Source of the DNA: Thermoanaerobaculia bacterium
Lineage (GTDB): Bacteria; Acidobacteriota; Thermoanaerobaculia; Gp7-AA8
DNA length: 64,000 bases
Assembly (NCBI GenBank): GCA_036389275.1
Contig: DASVQE010000052.1
Location: 33,680 to 97,679 of the forward strand
Direction of reading: 5' to 3'
Numbering within the stretch: the stretch's first letter is position 1; each line of letters starts with the position of its first letter. The notes under the pieces were generated by a model that worked only from the letters and a program-made list of their open reading frames with translations, did not search any database and was not told the origin of the DNA. The position numbers and the translations under genes were made by a program. Positions 43,013 through 58,000 of the stretch are shown one piece after another.

Positions 43013-46000
43013 TTGCGCCCAGGATCCTCGTTTGCCTTTTCCGCCGTAGCGGCCGTCGCCGCCGCGCTCGTGTTGTCGTTCGCGGCGCCGCTTGCCGCGC
43101 AGACGCCCATCACCGCGTACAGCGACGACTTCCAGTCATACGGCACGCAGAGCAATCCTCCCGGATGGGTCGACACGTCCATCGGCGCATCCGCTCCGGA
43201 AGCGGCCGGTCTGTACAAGACCTGGCCCGATCCGACGCAGGGCAACAGCGGACCGAATGTCGTCTACGGCACCAAACAATCGTCGGGTCAACCCGAGGGA
43301 AACAACCCGCGTGTTGGAACCTTCTCTACGTACACGGCGAAGAGCTTTGCCGGCGCGGGACGCTTCGAATACTCCGGCCGTTTCCTGCGCACCAGCGCCG
43401 ACACGCGCGTCGGCATCACCTTCTTCTCGTCGTATCCGCAGGCCGACCGCTACTACCTGATCGGCCTCTGGTCGCACCCGCAGCAGACCACGAAGCTGAC
43501 CATGCAGCTCTTCGGCTTCGGCGGTCCTGCGCCGCAGCAGACCACCGTCAGCGACTTCACCCCGGAAGTAGGGAAGTGGTATCGCTTCCGCGTCCGCGTC
43601 GACGACGTCGAAGGAAAGACCGTCATCCGCGGACGCTTCTGGCTCGACACGAACGCCGAGCCGCAGACGTGGCACATCGATGCGGTCGACGCGAGTGCCG
43701 GCCGGCTCACCTCCGGACGCATCGGCATCTGGTCGGCGGTGCGCGGCGACGCGTACGTCGACGACATCTCCGCGCAGTCGCCGGTCGATCACGCGCCGCC
43801 GACGATCTCCTTCTTCGTCGGCGACACGCCGCTCACCGACGGCATGAAGTTCCACACCGCCGTCACGCCGCGCATCGTCGTGACCGACGATCTCTCCGAA
43901 GTGCGCTGGACCGCGCAACTCGACGGCGGCAACTTCGTCACGCCGGTCACCGGCCAGGGCGATCACATCCTCCGCGTCGACGCGAAGGATGCAGTCGGCA
44001 ACACCGCCTCGAAGTCGGTCACGTTCTACATCGACACCATTCCTCCGCGGCTCACCATCGTGAAGCCGGCCGACGGCAGCATCACCAGCAGCGACGTCAA
44101 CATCTCTCTGCACGTCGATGACGCGTCGCTCCCGGCTACGTTCGCGGCGACGCTCGACGGCGCCACGTGGGACGTGACGCGTCCGGTCTCCGCCGAAGGG
44201 CAGCACCAGCTCACCGTCACCGCCTTCGACGCGGTCGGCCTCGCCTCGGCGCCGCAGACGGCGACGTTCATCATCGACAAGACCGCGCCGGCGTACGAGC
44301 TGTTCGCGAACGCCAAAGCCTTTCCGGCGGACGGCTACGTCTTCGGCGAAGACGTGACCATCACCATCGTCCCGAAGGATCTCACGCTCGACAAAGTCTC
44401 GCTGCTGCTCGACGGCGCACCGTACACCGCCGGCACGCCGGTGACCGACGAGCGGAAGCACACGCTCGGCGGCACCGTCACCGACAAAGTCGGCCACGTC
44501 ACCACCATCGCCGAGCGTACGTTCTGGATCGATAAGACCGCGCCGACCGTCGAGCTCCTCGGCAACGGCACCGCGATCAAGCAGTACTACGACATCGCCT
44601 CGCTCGTCGCCGAGCTGAAGATCAGCGACGTCACCGCCACGCGCGTGACCGCCACGCTGAACGGCGCGCCGGCGAACCTGCCGGTCACGCTGACCGGCGA
44701 AGCGACCTACGTCGTCGCCGGCAGCGTCACCGACGCCGCGAACCACGTCACGCCGTTCGGTCCCACCACCTTCGCCATCGATCGCAGCGCGCCGCAGATC
44801 ACGCTCTCTGCGAACGGCGCGGCGTTCCCGGCCAGCGGCCACATTTTCCTCGGCGACGTCGCGCTCGCGGTCGACGTCAAAGACCTCACGCTGGCCGACT
44901 ACAGCGTCACCCACGACGGCGCCGCGGTCGAGCTGCCGCTCACGCTCACCGACGAGTTCCGCGACCACGTCATCAAAGTCGTGGCCACCGACAAGCTCAA
45001 TCACAGCGCGTCGGTCGGACCGCTGACGTTCACGATCGACAAATTCGCACCGGTCGTGGCCGTGACGAACAACGGCGCGGAGCTTACGGACGGCCGCTAC
45101 TTCAATCGTCCCGTCCGTCCGGTCATCAACGTCACCGACATCACCGCTACCACCGTCACCGCGACGCTGAACGGCCAGCGCTTCGAGTCGGGGAGCGAGA
45201 TCACCGCGGACGGTGCGTACACGCTCGCCGGCAATGTCGCCGACGGCGCGGGCCGCAGCACGCCGATCGGCCCGATCGCGTTCACCATCGACACCACCGC
45301 GCCGACCGGCGTCTTCGTGGAAGGCGACAACAAGCCGTTCCCCGACGGCAAGACGCTCAACGTCGAGGCGATCCGCGCGTCGGTGAAGATCACCGACGCC
45401 AATCCGCTCCCGGCCAAGATCCTGCTCGACGGCGCCGAGTACGCGGAAGGCACGCCGATCACGCTCGAAGACGCGCACACGCTCACCGCGACGCTCGTCG
45501 ACAAGGCCGGCAACAGCGGCAGCGTGCCGCCGGTGAGCTTCCGCATCGACCGCACCCGGCCGGTGCTGACGCTCTTCGCGAACGGCGACGTCTTCCCGGC
45601 GAAAGCGTTCGACACGCGCTTCGACGTCGCGGTGACGTACAAGGTCGAGGACAAGTCCGCCGTCACCATCGCCGCGACGCTCGACGGCGCCAACGTGACG
45701 CTGCCGGTGACCATCAGCGACGAGCGCGTGCACACGCTCGTCGCGACGGCGACCGACGCCGCCGGCAACGTGGGCACGGCCGGCCCGTTCACGTTCACCA
45801 TCGAGAAGACGCCGCCGAACGTCGAGGTGCTGCTCAATGACGCGCCGGCCGGCCTCAACGCGGTCTTCAAGGTCGACGTGCGCGTGAAGCTGCAGATCAG
45901 CGCCGGCCTCACCTCGCGCAGCGCGAGCATCCTCCTCAACGGGCAGTCGTACGTCGAAGGAACGGCCATCACCGCGCCCGGCGTCTACGTCGTCACCGGC

Positions 46001-49000
46001 ACCGTCACCACCGCCTCCGGCGTGACCGTGCCGATTCCGGAGACGACGTTCACCATCGACAAGACCGCGCCCGACGTGACGCTGAAGAACCGCGACCGCG
46101 ACTTCGAGGCGAACGGCTTCCACTACAACGCCGACGTCGTGCCGAACGTCACCTGTCATGACGACCTCACGCGCTGCACGACGGAGTTGAAGGTCGACGG
46201 CAACGACTGGAAGAACGGCGATCCGATCACCGCCGAAGGCGAGCATGCCGTGGTCGCCGCCGCCACCGACACGGCCGGGAATCGCAAGGAGCTGCCGGCG
46301 GTCACGTTCGTGCTCGACAAGACGTCGCCCGCGATCACCATCACCGCTCCCGCCGAAGGGCAGACCGTCAGCGCGCCGCGCGTGGTCGTCAGCGGCACGT
46401 CGGACGACGCGGTCTCGATCGACGTGAACGGCACGCTGGCCACGATCGACGCGGCGGCGAAGACGTTCACCACCACGCCGGTCGCGCTGCTGGAAGGCGA
46501 GAACGAGATCGTCGTCGTGGCCCTCGACCAGGCCGGCAATGCCAGCACGCGCACGGTGCATGTCGTCGCCGACACGCGCGCGCCGCTGCTGGCCGTGCAA
46601 AGCCCCGCGCCGAATGCCTGCCTCAACGCGCAGCAACTCGTCGTCCGCGGAAGCGTCAGCGATCCGTGGATTCAGACGGTGAAGGTGACGGTCGACGCCG
46701 ACGTCGTCGCGAATGCGCTCGACGCGCAGAAGCAGACGTTCACCGCGACGTTCGCCAACATCGCCGAAGGGCCGCACCGCATCTCCGTCGAAGCGACCGA
46801 CACCCTCGGCCACCGCACCGTGGCCGCGCTGCAGGTCATGATCGACCGGACCGCGCCGCTCATCGACATCTTCGAAGGCGCCGCGCCGTTCACCGCGCGT
46901 CTGGTCAATCATCCGGTCGCGCTCTCGATCCGCGCGCGCGATGGCGATCCGAATGTCGCCGTCGCTGCGAGGCTCGGCGCGACGCCGTACGTCTCCGGCA
47001 CGCCGATCGCCGCGCCCGGCGCCTATCACCTCGACGTCCTGGCCGAAGACTGCGCCGGGAACCAGTCCACGCAGCCGCTCGACTTCGAGATCGATCTCCT
47101 CGCGCCGGCATTTGACACGCTGGTGCCGCCGAACGGCGCGACGGTCGGCGCGCTGCCGCAGTCGATCACCGGCCATGTGAGCCGCGATGCGGTGCGCGTC
47201 GAGATCGAAGGCACCGCGATCGCCGCCGCGCCGTCCGCTGACGGCAACTTCGTCCTCGCGCTCGGCAGCATCGCCCGCGAAGGCGCGAACCAGTTCGTGC
47301 TGCGCGCGACCGACGCCGCCGGCAACGTGGCGCAGGTTCCGTACGCGTTCACCGTGCACTCGGCGGCGCCGACGATCCAGATCTACGAGAGCGGCAAGCC
47401 GCTCAGCGACGGCGCGCTCTTCAACCGTCCGGTCACGCCCGAGGTGCGGGTGAGCGACCCGACGGCGCAGGTGACCGTGTTGATCGGCGGACAGACGTGG
47501 GACCAGAAGCCGCTCACGGCGGACGGCACCTACACGATCTCCGTCACCGTTCGCGATGAATTGCAGCGCACCGCGGAGGCGAGCCGCACCTTCACCATCG
47601 ACCGCACTCCGCCGGTCGTGAAGATCACCAAACCGCTCGCCGGCACCGTCAGCAGCGACGTCGTCACGATCGAGGGAACGGCCGGCGACGCGGTGAGCGT
47701 CGACGTGCACGGCGCGATCGTGGCGCCCGGCGCCGGCGGCGCGTTCCGCCGCGAAGGCGTGCGCCTGGAGGTCGGTCAGAACGACCTGGTCGTCTCCGCC
47801 ACCGACCGCGCCGGCAACACCGCCGCGGACAGCGTCCTCGTGACGTGGCTCGGCAGCGGTCCGGCCATCGTGATCACCTCGCCGCGCGATGCCTCACTCA
47901 CGAACCGTCCGCGCATCGACGTCACCGGGCACGTCCTCGGCGCTCTCGGCGGCGGCGAGGTCGTGGTCGGCTCGAAGACCGCCACGCTCGATGCCACCGG
48001 CGTCTTCCGCGTCACCGACTATCAGCTCGCCGGCGGCGAGAACGTGATCACCGCGCGCGTGCCGAACGGCGCGTCCGCGTCCGTCACCATCACCGCCGAC
48101 TTCAAGGCGCCCGCGTTGAGCGTGCTCGCGTCGGGACAGCCGCTCGCCAACGACGCGCATTTCCCGGGCGAAGTGTCGATCTCCGTCAACGCTTCCGACG
48201 ATCGCAACCTCGCGCTGACGCGCGTCACCATCGACGGCGCCGAGCCGCCGTCGCTTCCGGCGAAAGTCTCGTCGACGGGCGGCCACGTGCTCAACGCCCG
48301 CGCACGCGACGAGGCAGGCAACGAGACCGTCGTCGAGCGCACCTTCTTCATCGGCTCCGGCGGCGGAGGCAGCGGCTGTTCGATCGAAGAAGTCGATCCT
48401 GCCGACGGCGCGACCGTCGCGCCGTCCGCGAACGCGACCACGGCGAGCGTGCGCATCACCGGCCGCGCGTCGGGTGCCACCGCGGTCACGATCAACGGTG
48501 CTGCCGCGGACGTCGCCGACGGCACGTTCGCGAAAACCGTCGAGCTGCCGAGCGAAGGCGCGAACGCCATCGGCATCCGCTGCACCGACGCATCGGGCGC
48601 GCTCTCCGAGCCGAAGAACCTCGTCTACTACCGCGTCTCCGGAAATCCGAGCGTGCGCATCACCGCGCCGGCGGAAGGCGGGACCACCGGCGACAAGAGC
48701 GTCGTGGTGACGGGTGAAGTCGGCGCCGACGTGGTCAGCATCGACGTGAACGGCATCGCCGGAACGATTCGCGACGGCTCGCCGCGCACGTTCCGCGTCG
48801 AGAACGTGACGCTCACCGACGGGACGAACATCCTCGTGGCGCACGGCCGCAACAACGCCTACCGCGTCGGCACGCACTCGGTGCGCGTGCTGTCGCTGCA
48901 GACCGCGCCGCAGATCCGCATCACCTCGCCGGAGGCCAACAGCGTCGCCGGCGGCGGCAAGACGACCGTCGGCGGCACGTACTCGAATCTGCTGCCGCAG

Positions 49001-52000
49001 ACGCTCGCCATCGCCGGCGGCACGAACGCGCCCGCGGCCGATGTCGTCGCGCTCAGCGACACCACCGGCACCTTCGTCTTCCGCGGCGTCGGCCTCGCTG
49101 CCGGCGCGCGGACGCTGACCATCACCGGCCGCAACGCCGCCGGCGTCGCCGCGACCGCATCGCTCGTCGTCAACAGCGATCCTGCCGCCGCGTCGATCGA
49201 GATCGCCGCGCCGTCGGACAACGCATACGTGCCGGCGAGCGAGCCGGTGACCGTGACCGGCGCGTATGCCGGCGCAAGCGGCACCGCGCGTGTCGAGATC
49301 AACGGCGTCGCCGCGACCGTCGATCCCACGGCGTCGACCTACGCCGGAAGCGCGCAGCACACCGGCGCGCCGCTCACTCCGGTCGTGGCGCGTCTCATCG
49401 ACGCGAACGGCAGCGGTCCGGCCGCATCGATCATGGTGCGCAAGCTCGCCGGGCCGCTCCGCGTGCGCTCGACATTCCCGGCTGACGGTGCCGAAGGCGT
49501 CGATCCCGGCGTGCTGCTCCTCATCGACTTTTCCGCGCCGCTCGACCGCGCCACGCTTTCCGCGATTCAACTGCGGAGCGGCTCGACGCCGGTCGACGGC
49601 ACGCTGCGCGTCGACGACTCCGTGGTGATCTTCACGCCGTCGACGCTGCTCGCGCCGGGCACGAGCTACACCGTCACGATTCCGGCCACGCTCAAGGACG
49701 TCGCCGGCAACGCGATCGACAAGGCCTCGTCGTTCTCGTTCACCACCACCGTCTCCGCACCGTCGACGCCGCCGCAGCTCGATCCGATCGCCATCACCGG
49801 CTGCCCGGCCACCGTCTCGATCACAGGCAGCGCTCCGCCGTTCGCGCGCCTGCGGCTCGAGGTCGGCACGATCGCGCTGAGCGGACAGGCCGATGCCAGC
49901 GGCCGCTTCACGATGGCGTTCCCGCTCTCCGGCCGTTCCGGTTACCAGAGCGGACACCTCACCATCGTCGGCTCCGACGGCAGCCGCTCGCCGGAAGCGC
50001 CGGTCAGCTTCCGGATGGATTGCGCGGCGCCGAGCGTCGTCGGCGCGTCGTACGACCGCAACGCCAACGTCCTCACCATCGCCTTCTCGAAACCGGTCGC
50101 GGCGCCGACGCTCGTCGTCGGCAGCTCGATCGTGCTCACCACGTCCGACAACAACAGCATCGGCGGAACGGTTGCGCTCTCCGGCGCGATCGCCACGGTG
50201 ACGCCCGCGTCCGACCTGCGCGACAAGAGCTTCACGCTCGAAGTGCAGACGTCCGTCACCGACACCGCCGGCAATCATCTCGGCAGTCCGTTCCCGCAGA
50301 CCTTCTCGCTCGACGGCGGAGATGCGCCGCTGCCCGGCGACGGCTCCGGCTTCATCACCGGTGAGGTCTACGACGCGACCAGCGGCCGTCCGCTGCGCGG
50401 CGCGACTGTCTCGGTCGAGGTGCCGCGCAGCGCGTTCGCGCGCGTGCCGTCCGTCACCTCGCACGCGCACCTCACCACCAGCGGCGACGTCGAGATGTCG
50501 AAGGAGACCGACCCGCGCGGCCGCTACACGCTTCCGCTTCCGGAAGGCGCGCACACCATCAAGGCCGGCTCGCCGCAGCACACGACCGTGTGGCGGCAGA
50601 TCGTCGTGCCCGCGGGTGCCGGCGTCGTGCCGATCGACATCCGTCTGACGCGGCGCGGCGAGCGGAAGAGCGCGGCCACGCTGCCGCTCACGCTGCAGGA
50701 CGGCGGCGGTGCGCTCACCGTCACCGCGCCGGTGAAGCTGACCGTCACCGGCGGCGTGGCCTCGCAGGCGCAGGTCGCGCTCACCTCCGTCGGCGCGCAG
50801 TCGCTGGCCGGCCTCCTGCCGCTCGGCTTCTCGCCGATCGCTTCCGCCGAAGTCGCTGTCTTCGGCGCCGACGGCGCCGCGAGCTTCGACGCGCAGGTGA
50901 ACGGCGAGCTCGAATTCACGCTGCCGTCCGCCGCCATCAGCGCCGCGCACCAGACGCTCTCGCTCGTGCGCTACGACTCCGAGCGCGACGAATGGCGCAC
51001 GCTGATCGCGGTGATGGCGCCGGCCGCCGGCGACGCCTGGCGCGCGCCGATCACCAGCGCCGGCGCGTACGGCGTCGTCTATCGCGACCAGGCCTCGACG
51101 CTGCGTCAGCCGCCCGCTCCCGCCGCCGGCGCGACGCTGCAGCCGGCCACCGAAACGTGCGCGACTTCCGCGACGCCGTGCGTCCTCGTGCGCAAGGAGT
51201 TCGACATCGAGCCGCCGGTCGTGCCGCCGTCGGGACGCGCCGTCGCCAAGCTGCAGATCGCCGGAGAAGACGCGGCCACGTTCCCCAGCGGCACGGCCGT
51301 GCAGGCATACGTCAACGAGGTGCTGACGCTCAGCAGCGGCGACACCGTCGTCGATCCACCCTTCACGACAGACGTCCTTCTATATCGCACGCTGGATGGA
51401 AAGGTGGGGATCGGCGAGTTCCTCATCGAGCCGAGCGAACAGGCCCGCCGCGAGGTCCTCGAGACCGGCGTCGATCAGGTCAAGATCCTCCAGTACCCCG
51501 GCCGTCTCGACCGCGGCTCGCTCATCGGCTCCGAAGGCGGACGCGTTCCGGGCGACAGCGTGACGAACGTGGAGATCCCGGCCGGCGCGACGAGCGAGCA
51601 GCTCCGCGCGACCGTGGCCACGCTCAAGCCCGAGAACCTCGGCGTCGCCATCGCCGGCTTCGACGTCGTCGGCGGATTCGACCTCACGCTCACGCGCGTC
51701 GCCACGCCGCCGCAGACCGACGCCGACGGCGACGGTGTACCCGATCCTGCGCCGGCGCTGCAGCTCAGCCGCGCCGCGCGCGCCACGATCAACGTCGACA
51801 CGGCAAAGCTCGCATCGCCCGACGCGCAGTTGATTCTCGTTGAAGTCGTGAATCAGTCCGCATGGGGCGCGTTCTATCGTCTGGCCGTTCCGATGACGCG
51901 TCTCGACACGCCCGCGAACGGCGTGACGCTCGTCCGCTACACCTCGCAGTCCGTCAATCCGGCGTCGCTCGCCGTCGACGGCATCGTTCGCGAGGGACGG

Positions 52001-55000
52001 TTCCTCCTGCTCGCCGCGAAAGCGCCGATCGCCTTCGCGAGCGGCGCGTTGCGCAGCACCGCCACCGGTCCGTACCTGCCCGACATGCGCGTCAACTCGG
52101 TGATGGCAGGCGGCGCCGCGTACGGCGTCAGCGACGTCACGCGCGCCAGCGGCGTCTTCGCGCTGCCGATCGCCGCCGCGCCTGCGCCGTCGTTCAGCAT
52201 CACACCGCGCCACGCGCGTTTCGGCGTCGGCACCGCCTTCACCGCCGCCGCGCCTGCCGCGGGCGAGACCGTGGCGATCGGCGACTGGCTCTTCGTCGTG
52301 CAGCCGCTGCGGCTGACGAACGTCACGCCGGCTGACGGCGAGATCGTTCCGGTCGCGCCGATCACGATCAAGGCCGACTTCGATCTGCCGATCGACACGT
52401 TGTCGCTGCAGAACGCCATCACCGTCGCCACCACCGACGGCGCCATTCCGCTCGGCGGCCGCATCGAGCGCGATGCCGCAGACGATCATCGCGTCGTCTT
52501 CACCTCCACCGGCACCGTCAGCGCCAGCACCACCTATCGCGTCACGATCCAGCCGACCGTCCGCGCCACCAACGGCGCGGTGCTCGGCCAGGTGCACACG
52601 TTCCTCGTTCGCACGGAGGGCTTGCCGCGCACCGGCGAGATCCACCCGGAGCGCATCCGCATCACCCTGCCGGACGCGCAGGGCCACTCGCGGATCTTCG
52701 GCGACGCCAAGGCCATTCCGGCCGGTTTCCAGGTCGTCGCGCAGCGTCCGGACAAAGGCTTCCGCAGCGTCTACGACGCGACCGCCGGAGCGAACGGCGA
52801 CTTCTCGTTCGTGGTCGGCGATCGCAACGACTCCGATCGCCTCGACCTCGGCGACGTCGTCGAAGTGCAGATCCTCAATCTCGCCTTCAACGTCGTGGCG
52901 ACCGTGCAGCTCACGCCGTTCGTCACCGAGGACGGCAAAGGCTTCGTCGCGGCGGCGAACCGCGACACCACCTTCGTCAGCACGCAAGGTGTTGCCGTCA
53001 CCGTCGCCGCCGGAACGTTCGACAAGGCGACGCTCGTCACCACGGATCTGAACGACTCGAAAGCGGCGTTCGCCGCGGTGCCGAACTTCGATCAGGAGCT
53101 GCACTGGGTCAAGACCCTCGACCTCCACTTCGACGGCACGGCGAAGCAGCGCATCGAGGTGTCGATTCCGCGGCCGGCCAACCTGCCGCTGGACGGTCAC
53201 GACTACCTCATCGGCTTGCTCGGCCAGTCCTCGCGCGGACCGCGCATCGCCATCGAAGCGCTCCTGCATCCCGAAGGCGACAAGCTCACCACCGCGCTGC
53301 CGCCCGAGAGCAGCGGCGCGAACCTGCAGACGAAAGCGGCGGCCATGTCCGGCAGCGGCGCCGCGGCGGCGCAGTTCTGCATGCCGGGCGTGTTCGGAGC
53401 GGGCTCGAACGCCATCTTCGAGATGGGCAACATCGGCGCCGAAGCGGTCGGCTGGGGCTTCATCGCTCCGATCCAGCAGTACATGGAAGTCTTCAACGAC
53501 ATGTTCCAGGCGACGTATCTGCCGTCGCTCGCATACCAGACCGCCAAGTGCCGCGCCATTCCGGTGGTGAAGGGCAAACCGTTCCACCTGATCGGCGTCG
53601 ATCCCGACACCGGCTCGCAGATCTTCAACACTCCGTACAGCGCCATCGACGACATCAACTCCATCGTCGCCATCGACAACCCGTTCCCCGATACCACCGG
53701 ACCGTTCCCGATCTTCGGCGCGCCGTTCCGCGTCGAGCGTCTCGAGGCTCCGGCGCCCGCCGACAACGACGGCAACGGCTCGATCGATCCGGGTGAGTTC
53801 AAAGGACGCGGCTTCGTCGTCACGCGCACCGAGAGCGGCACGCTCACGGTCACGAACGACTCCAACGCCGCGGCGCAGGACGTGCTGCCGGAGAACACGA
53901 CCGTCCGTCTCTACAACGCCACGCGCTCGATCCTGTCGACGGCTGCCACGGTCGGAGGCGGCGGCTCGTTCACGATCACCAGCACCGCGTCGGAAGGCGA
54001 TCTGCTCTTCCTCTACATCGGCGGCCGCGACGTCGCGCCCGACGCGACGATGAACATCGTCTTCAGCGAGCCGATCGCCGTCGGCACGATTCCGACCGGC
54101 GCCGACGATCCGACGCGCAACCAGATCATCAACACCTACCTGCACGGTGTGATCAAGCTCGAGCAGGTCTTCGACACCGGCGCCGTCGACATCAGCAGCA
54201 ACGCCGTCTTCCGCGCCGACTCCGGCAACCGCCGCGTGCTGATCGATCTGCCGGCCACGTTCGTGCGCGACGGGCGGTATCGCATCACCGCGCTCGCATC
54301 GCTCACCGATCCGAAAAACAATCGCCTCGCCGAACGCCGCGACAAGAACGGCACGGTCATCGGCACGCCCGCCGCCGACATCACCTTCGACTTCAAGGTG
54401 CGTCCCGGTCCGACCTCCGACCACGCCTTCACGCTGCAGCCGACGGCGACGCAGACCGGCGGCAGCCTCAAGGACCTGGCGCGCTTCGGCAATCTCGTCT
54501 TCGTGGCCGCCCTCGACGGCGGCCTGCTCGCGTACGACATCTCGGAGCCGAGCATGTCGAACGGCACGCTGCCGATCGCGGTCGTCCCGACCAACTGGGC
54601 CAACAGCGGCGTGCAGGTGTCGGACTTCTGGTCCGTCGCCGCCGATCACCACGGCCGCATCTACGGCGGCGGGTTCCAGGCGTCGTTCTCGGTCGTGCGC
54701 GGCTATCGCGTCGAAGATTTCCTCGCCGCGCGCGACGGGCAGCTCAACTGCCCCGGCGGACCGCACACGAACTGCATCAGCCACGGCTCGGCCATCGTCG
54801 GCTGGCGTCCCGGCGTCGGCGTCGGCATGCCGCTCAACGCCGGCTGGATGGTGACGAACCAGCCGTCCGCCTATCCGCGCAAGATCAAGCTGCTCGAGCA
54901 GGACGACGAGCAGAGCGCCACGCTCGATGAACTGAAGAGCAACACCGGCGACGGAGTCGAGATCCTCGACGAAGTGAGCGCCGGCAACGGCTATCACCGC

Positions 55001-58000
55001 TTCACCGTGCGCCTCACGTACGCGCCGAGCGGCGAGTCGCACCTCGTGCAGCGCGTCACCGTCGTCAATCCCGCACTCGACTTCCGCTGGCACGGCGATG
55101 CGTTCAAAGGGGAGACGCTCGACATCCCGAACGTGCTCGCGCGCCCCGAGGATCGGCTGACCATCCTGCGCAACCTCACGACGTACGGTGTGGTCACGCT
55201 GTTCGGTTACGGCGCCGCCGTGTACGACCTGAACGCGATGGAGACGAACGACTTCAAGCTCCGTTGCACCGGCACATTCCTCGGCCAGCACGGAACCGCC
55301 TGCGCGGCCGCGCTGACCCAGCGCGCGCTTCCCGAAAAGATCGTGAACACGACCGGGAGCAACGAGGGCTGCAACCTCGAGCACGACATGAGCGACGACC
55401 TCACGTACTCGCCGGAGATCTTCGGCATCGTGCGGTCGGTGCCGACCGCCAGCGGCGGCGTGAACGTCTCGCCCGACATTCACATTATCGGCGTGCGCAC
55501 CAAGAACGGTCTCATCGACGTCGTCTCCGCGCTTCCGTCGGAGGACGACGGCGGCCTCACCGACGGCTGCGAGAGCGGCGCGAACACCGTCCCGGTCGAA
55601 GATCATCCCGCGCTCTCCGCGATCATCCAGCGCGTGAGCACGACCCAACGCCAGACCGGCGGCGCGCTCTATCGCTGGGGCATCTCGTCCACCCAGAACG
55701 TGGCGGGCGTGCGCGGCTCAGCGCCGAACACCGACGTCCATCGCGACTATCTGCTCGTTGCCGCGAACAAGTGGGGCATCCTCGTCTTCGAGATCGGCGG
55801 CACTCCGCCGCCCGCCGGCCCCGGCTACGGCACCCTCGGTCTGGAGAGCCTGGTCGACGTGATCTGGATCGCCGCCGGCGCCGCCGCCGTCGCTCCGATC
55901 GAAGGCACGAACCTCGCCGCCGTCATCGATCTCAAAGGACGGCTGCTCATCCTCGATCTCGCCAACATCGACGAGCGCTGGGGCCCGGCCACCGCGGCGA
56001 ATCCGTCGCCGCTGCTGCCGCCCGGTCCGTTCAAGATCCCGACCGCGGCGATGAACGCCGCCGGCGGCGCCAGCGGAGAGATCGGCGTCGACGATCCGCG
56101 CGTCGTCTACAAGAGCGCGAACAAGTTCACCTCCGGCACGCTGCCGCCCATCGTCGATCCCGACACCGGCATCGCCTTCGGCGGCGACGTGCTCACGCAG
56201 AACATGCGCGTGCGCGCCGTGCTCGATCCGAAGATCGAGTTCCTGATCGATGCCGGCAACGGCCTCCAGCCGACCAACGGCATCACGCCGCTCGGCGTGG
56301 CCAAGCCGTCGAGCGCATCGACCACTCCTGCCGGCGCGCTCGGCGCGTTCCGCGTGCGCGTGACGCTGCCCGGCTCACTCGCCGAAGTGCTCGCCGATCA
56401 GAAGGTGCATCTCGCCGTCGAGAGCGAGCTCGTTCCGGGAGCGGTCACGCCGCAGTCGGCGCGTTCGCTGCCGCGCGCACATCTGCGCGTCAACGACCGC
56501 GAGGGAACCGTCGATCCGCGCAAGGTCACCGACTTCACGCTGCGTCGCGCCATCGCCTTCACGCCGTCGATGGAGAACACGTATCGTCACCAGCGCGGCT
56601 TCAACCGCCTGCTCTCGCCGTGGATCGTCGCTCTGGCCGATCCGCGCGCGAGCGAGCGCGTGACCGGCGACGCCGCCGCGAAGACCGCCGACGGCTGCCT
56701 CGAATGCGAGCGCCCGAGCGGCCTCAAAGGAAAGACCGAGGCCGACGGCGTGTACGAGCTGTACACCGCCGGCCGCTACATCAGCGCGCGCCTCGACAGC
56801 CATCAGCCCGGCGTGCTCGCCGTCGACGATCTCCCCGATTTCTACAAGTACCTCGCGGAGAAGTCGCGGCTCGACGTCCGCATCCCGACCACCATCGCCG
56901 ACACCGTGCGGCCGAAGGCGGCGCTCATTCCGCCGCAGCACGCGCCGCTCGCGCAGGGCACCATCGACGGCACCGTGTTCGTCCACTCGGGCGAGCTCGG
57001 CGTCGACGCGGCCGATCTCTACATCACCGGCCGCGGCCCGGCCGACCTGATGCTCACGCGCTCCTATCGCTCGCGGACCATCGGCGGCACGCCCATCGGC
57101 CTCGGATGGGACGCCTCGTTCCTCCGCCGCATCCGGCCGCTGCCCGACGGCAACGTCGAATACCGCGACGCATCGGGCGACATCTGGCTGTTCAAGAAAC
57201 CTGCGCAGGGACCGGGCGCCGCGCCGCCGGCAGCGCTGCAGGCTCTCGAGGCATCGGTCGGCGTGCGCTTCCGCTACACCGCTCCTCCCGGTCTCTACGT
57301 GAGCCTCATGCGCTCCGACGACGGCTGGACGATGCTCGACGACAAGTGGCGCATCACGCGCTTCGACAACTTCGGACGCATCACCGCCGAGACGGACGAG
57401 TTCTGGAAGGCTGCCGACGTCGGTGCCGGCGCGGCCAGCGGCAATCAGTTCCGCTATCTCTACGACATTGAAGGACGCCTCGCCCAGATCGTCGATCCGA
57501 TCGGCCGCATCACCACCATCCGCTATTGGGAGAAGAACCCCACCGGCGCGAACGTGAACTGCACGAACGTCGGCGCCAAGACCAATCCGTGCGCGTATCC
57601 CGGCCTGATGAAGGAGATCGTCGACTGGCGCCGCCGGTCGGTGCTCTTCGAGTACGACCACGTCGGCCGCCTCATCGCCGTGCAGCTCCCGAACGTGAAA
57701 GCGATCGACGGCGCGCCGTCGAGCTACGACTTCAGCACACCCGACAAGCGGCCGCGCATCCGCTATCAGTACGACAGCGCCACCGCGGCGTACCCCGGCG
57801 ACACCGCCTCGCCGCAGGAGTTCACCGACTTCATGCACTACGCGGCGAATCTCGCCGAGATCGTCGAGCCGGCGGACGAGTCGTCCGGCGACGCGCGCGT
57901 GAGGTTCGAGTTCTTCCGCACCACCGACGAGAAGCGCGACCGCCTGCACTTCGAGCGCTGGCCGTGCGGATCGCGCGCGCCCGGCTGCACGGAGACCGAA

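Noticed and set aside
38850-48350. Possibility that the regular ~255-290-bp tandem DNA repeats are a CRISPR array or satellite
   Set aside because: Repeats are long, diverged and in frame within continuous ORFs encoding Ig-like domains. There are no short identical direct repeats with unique spacers.
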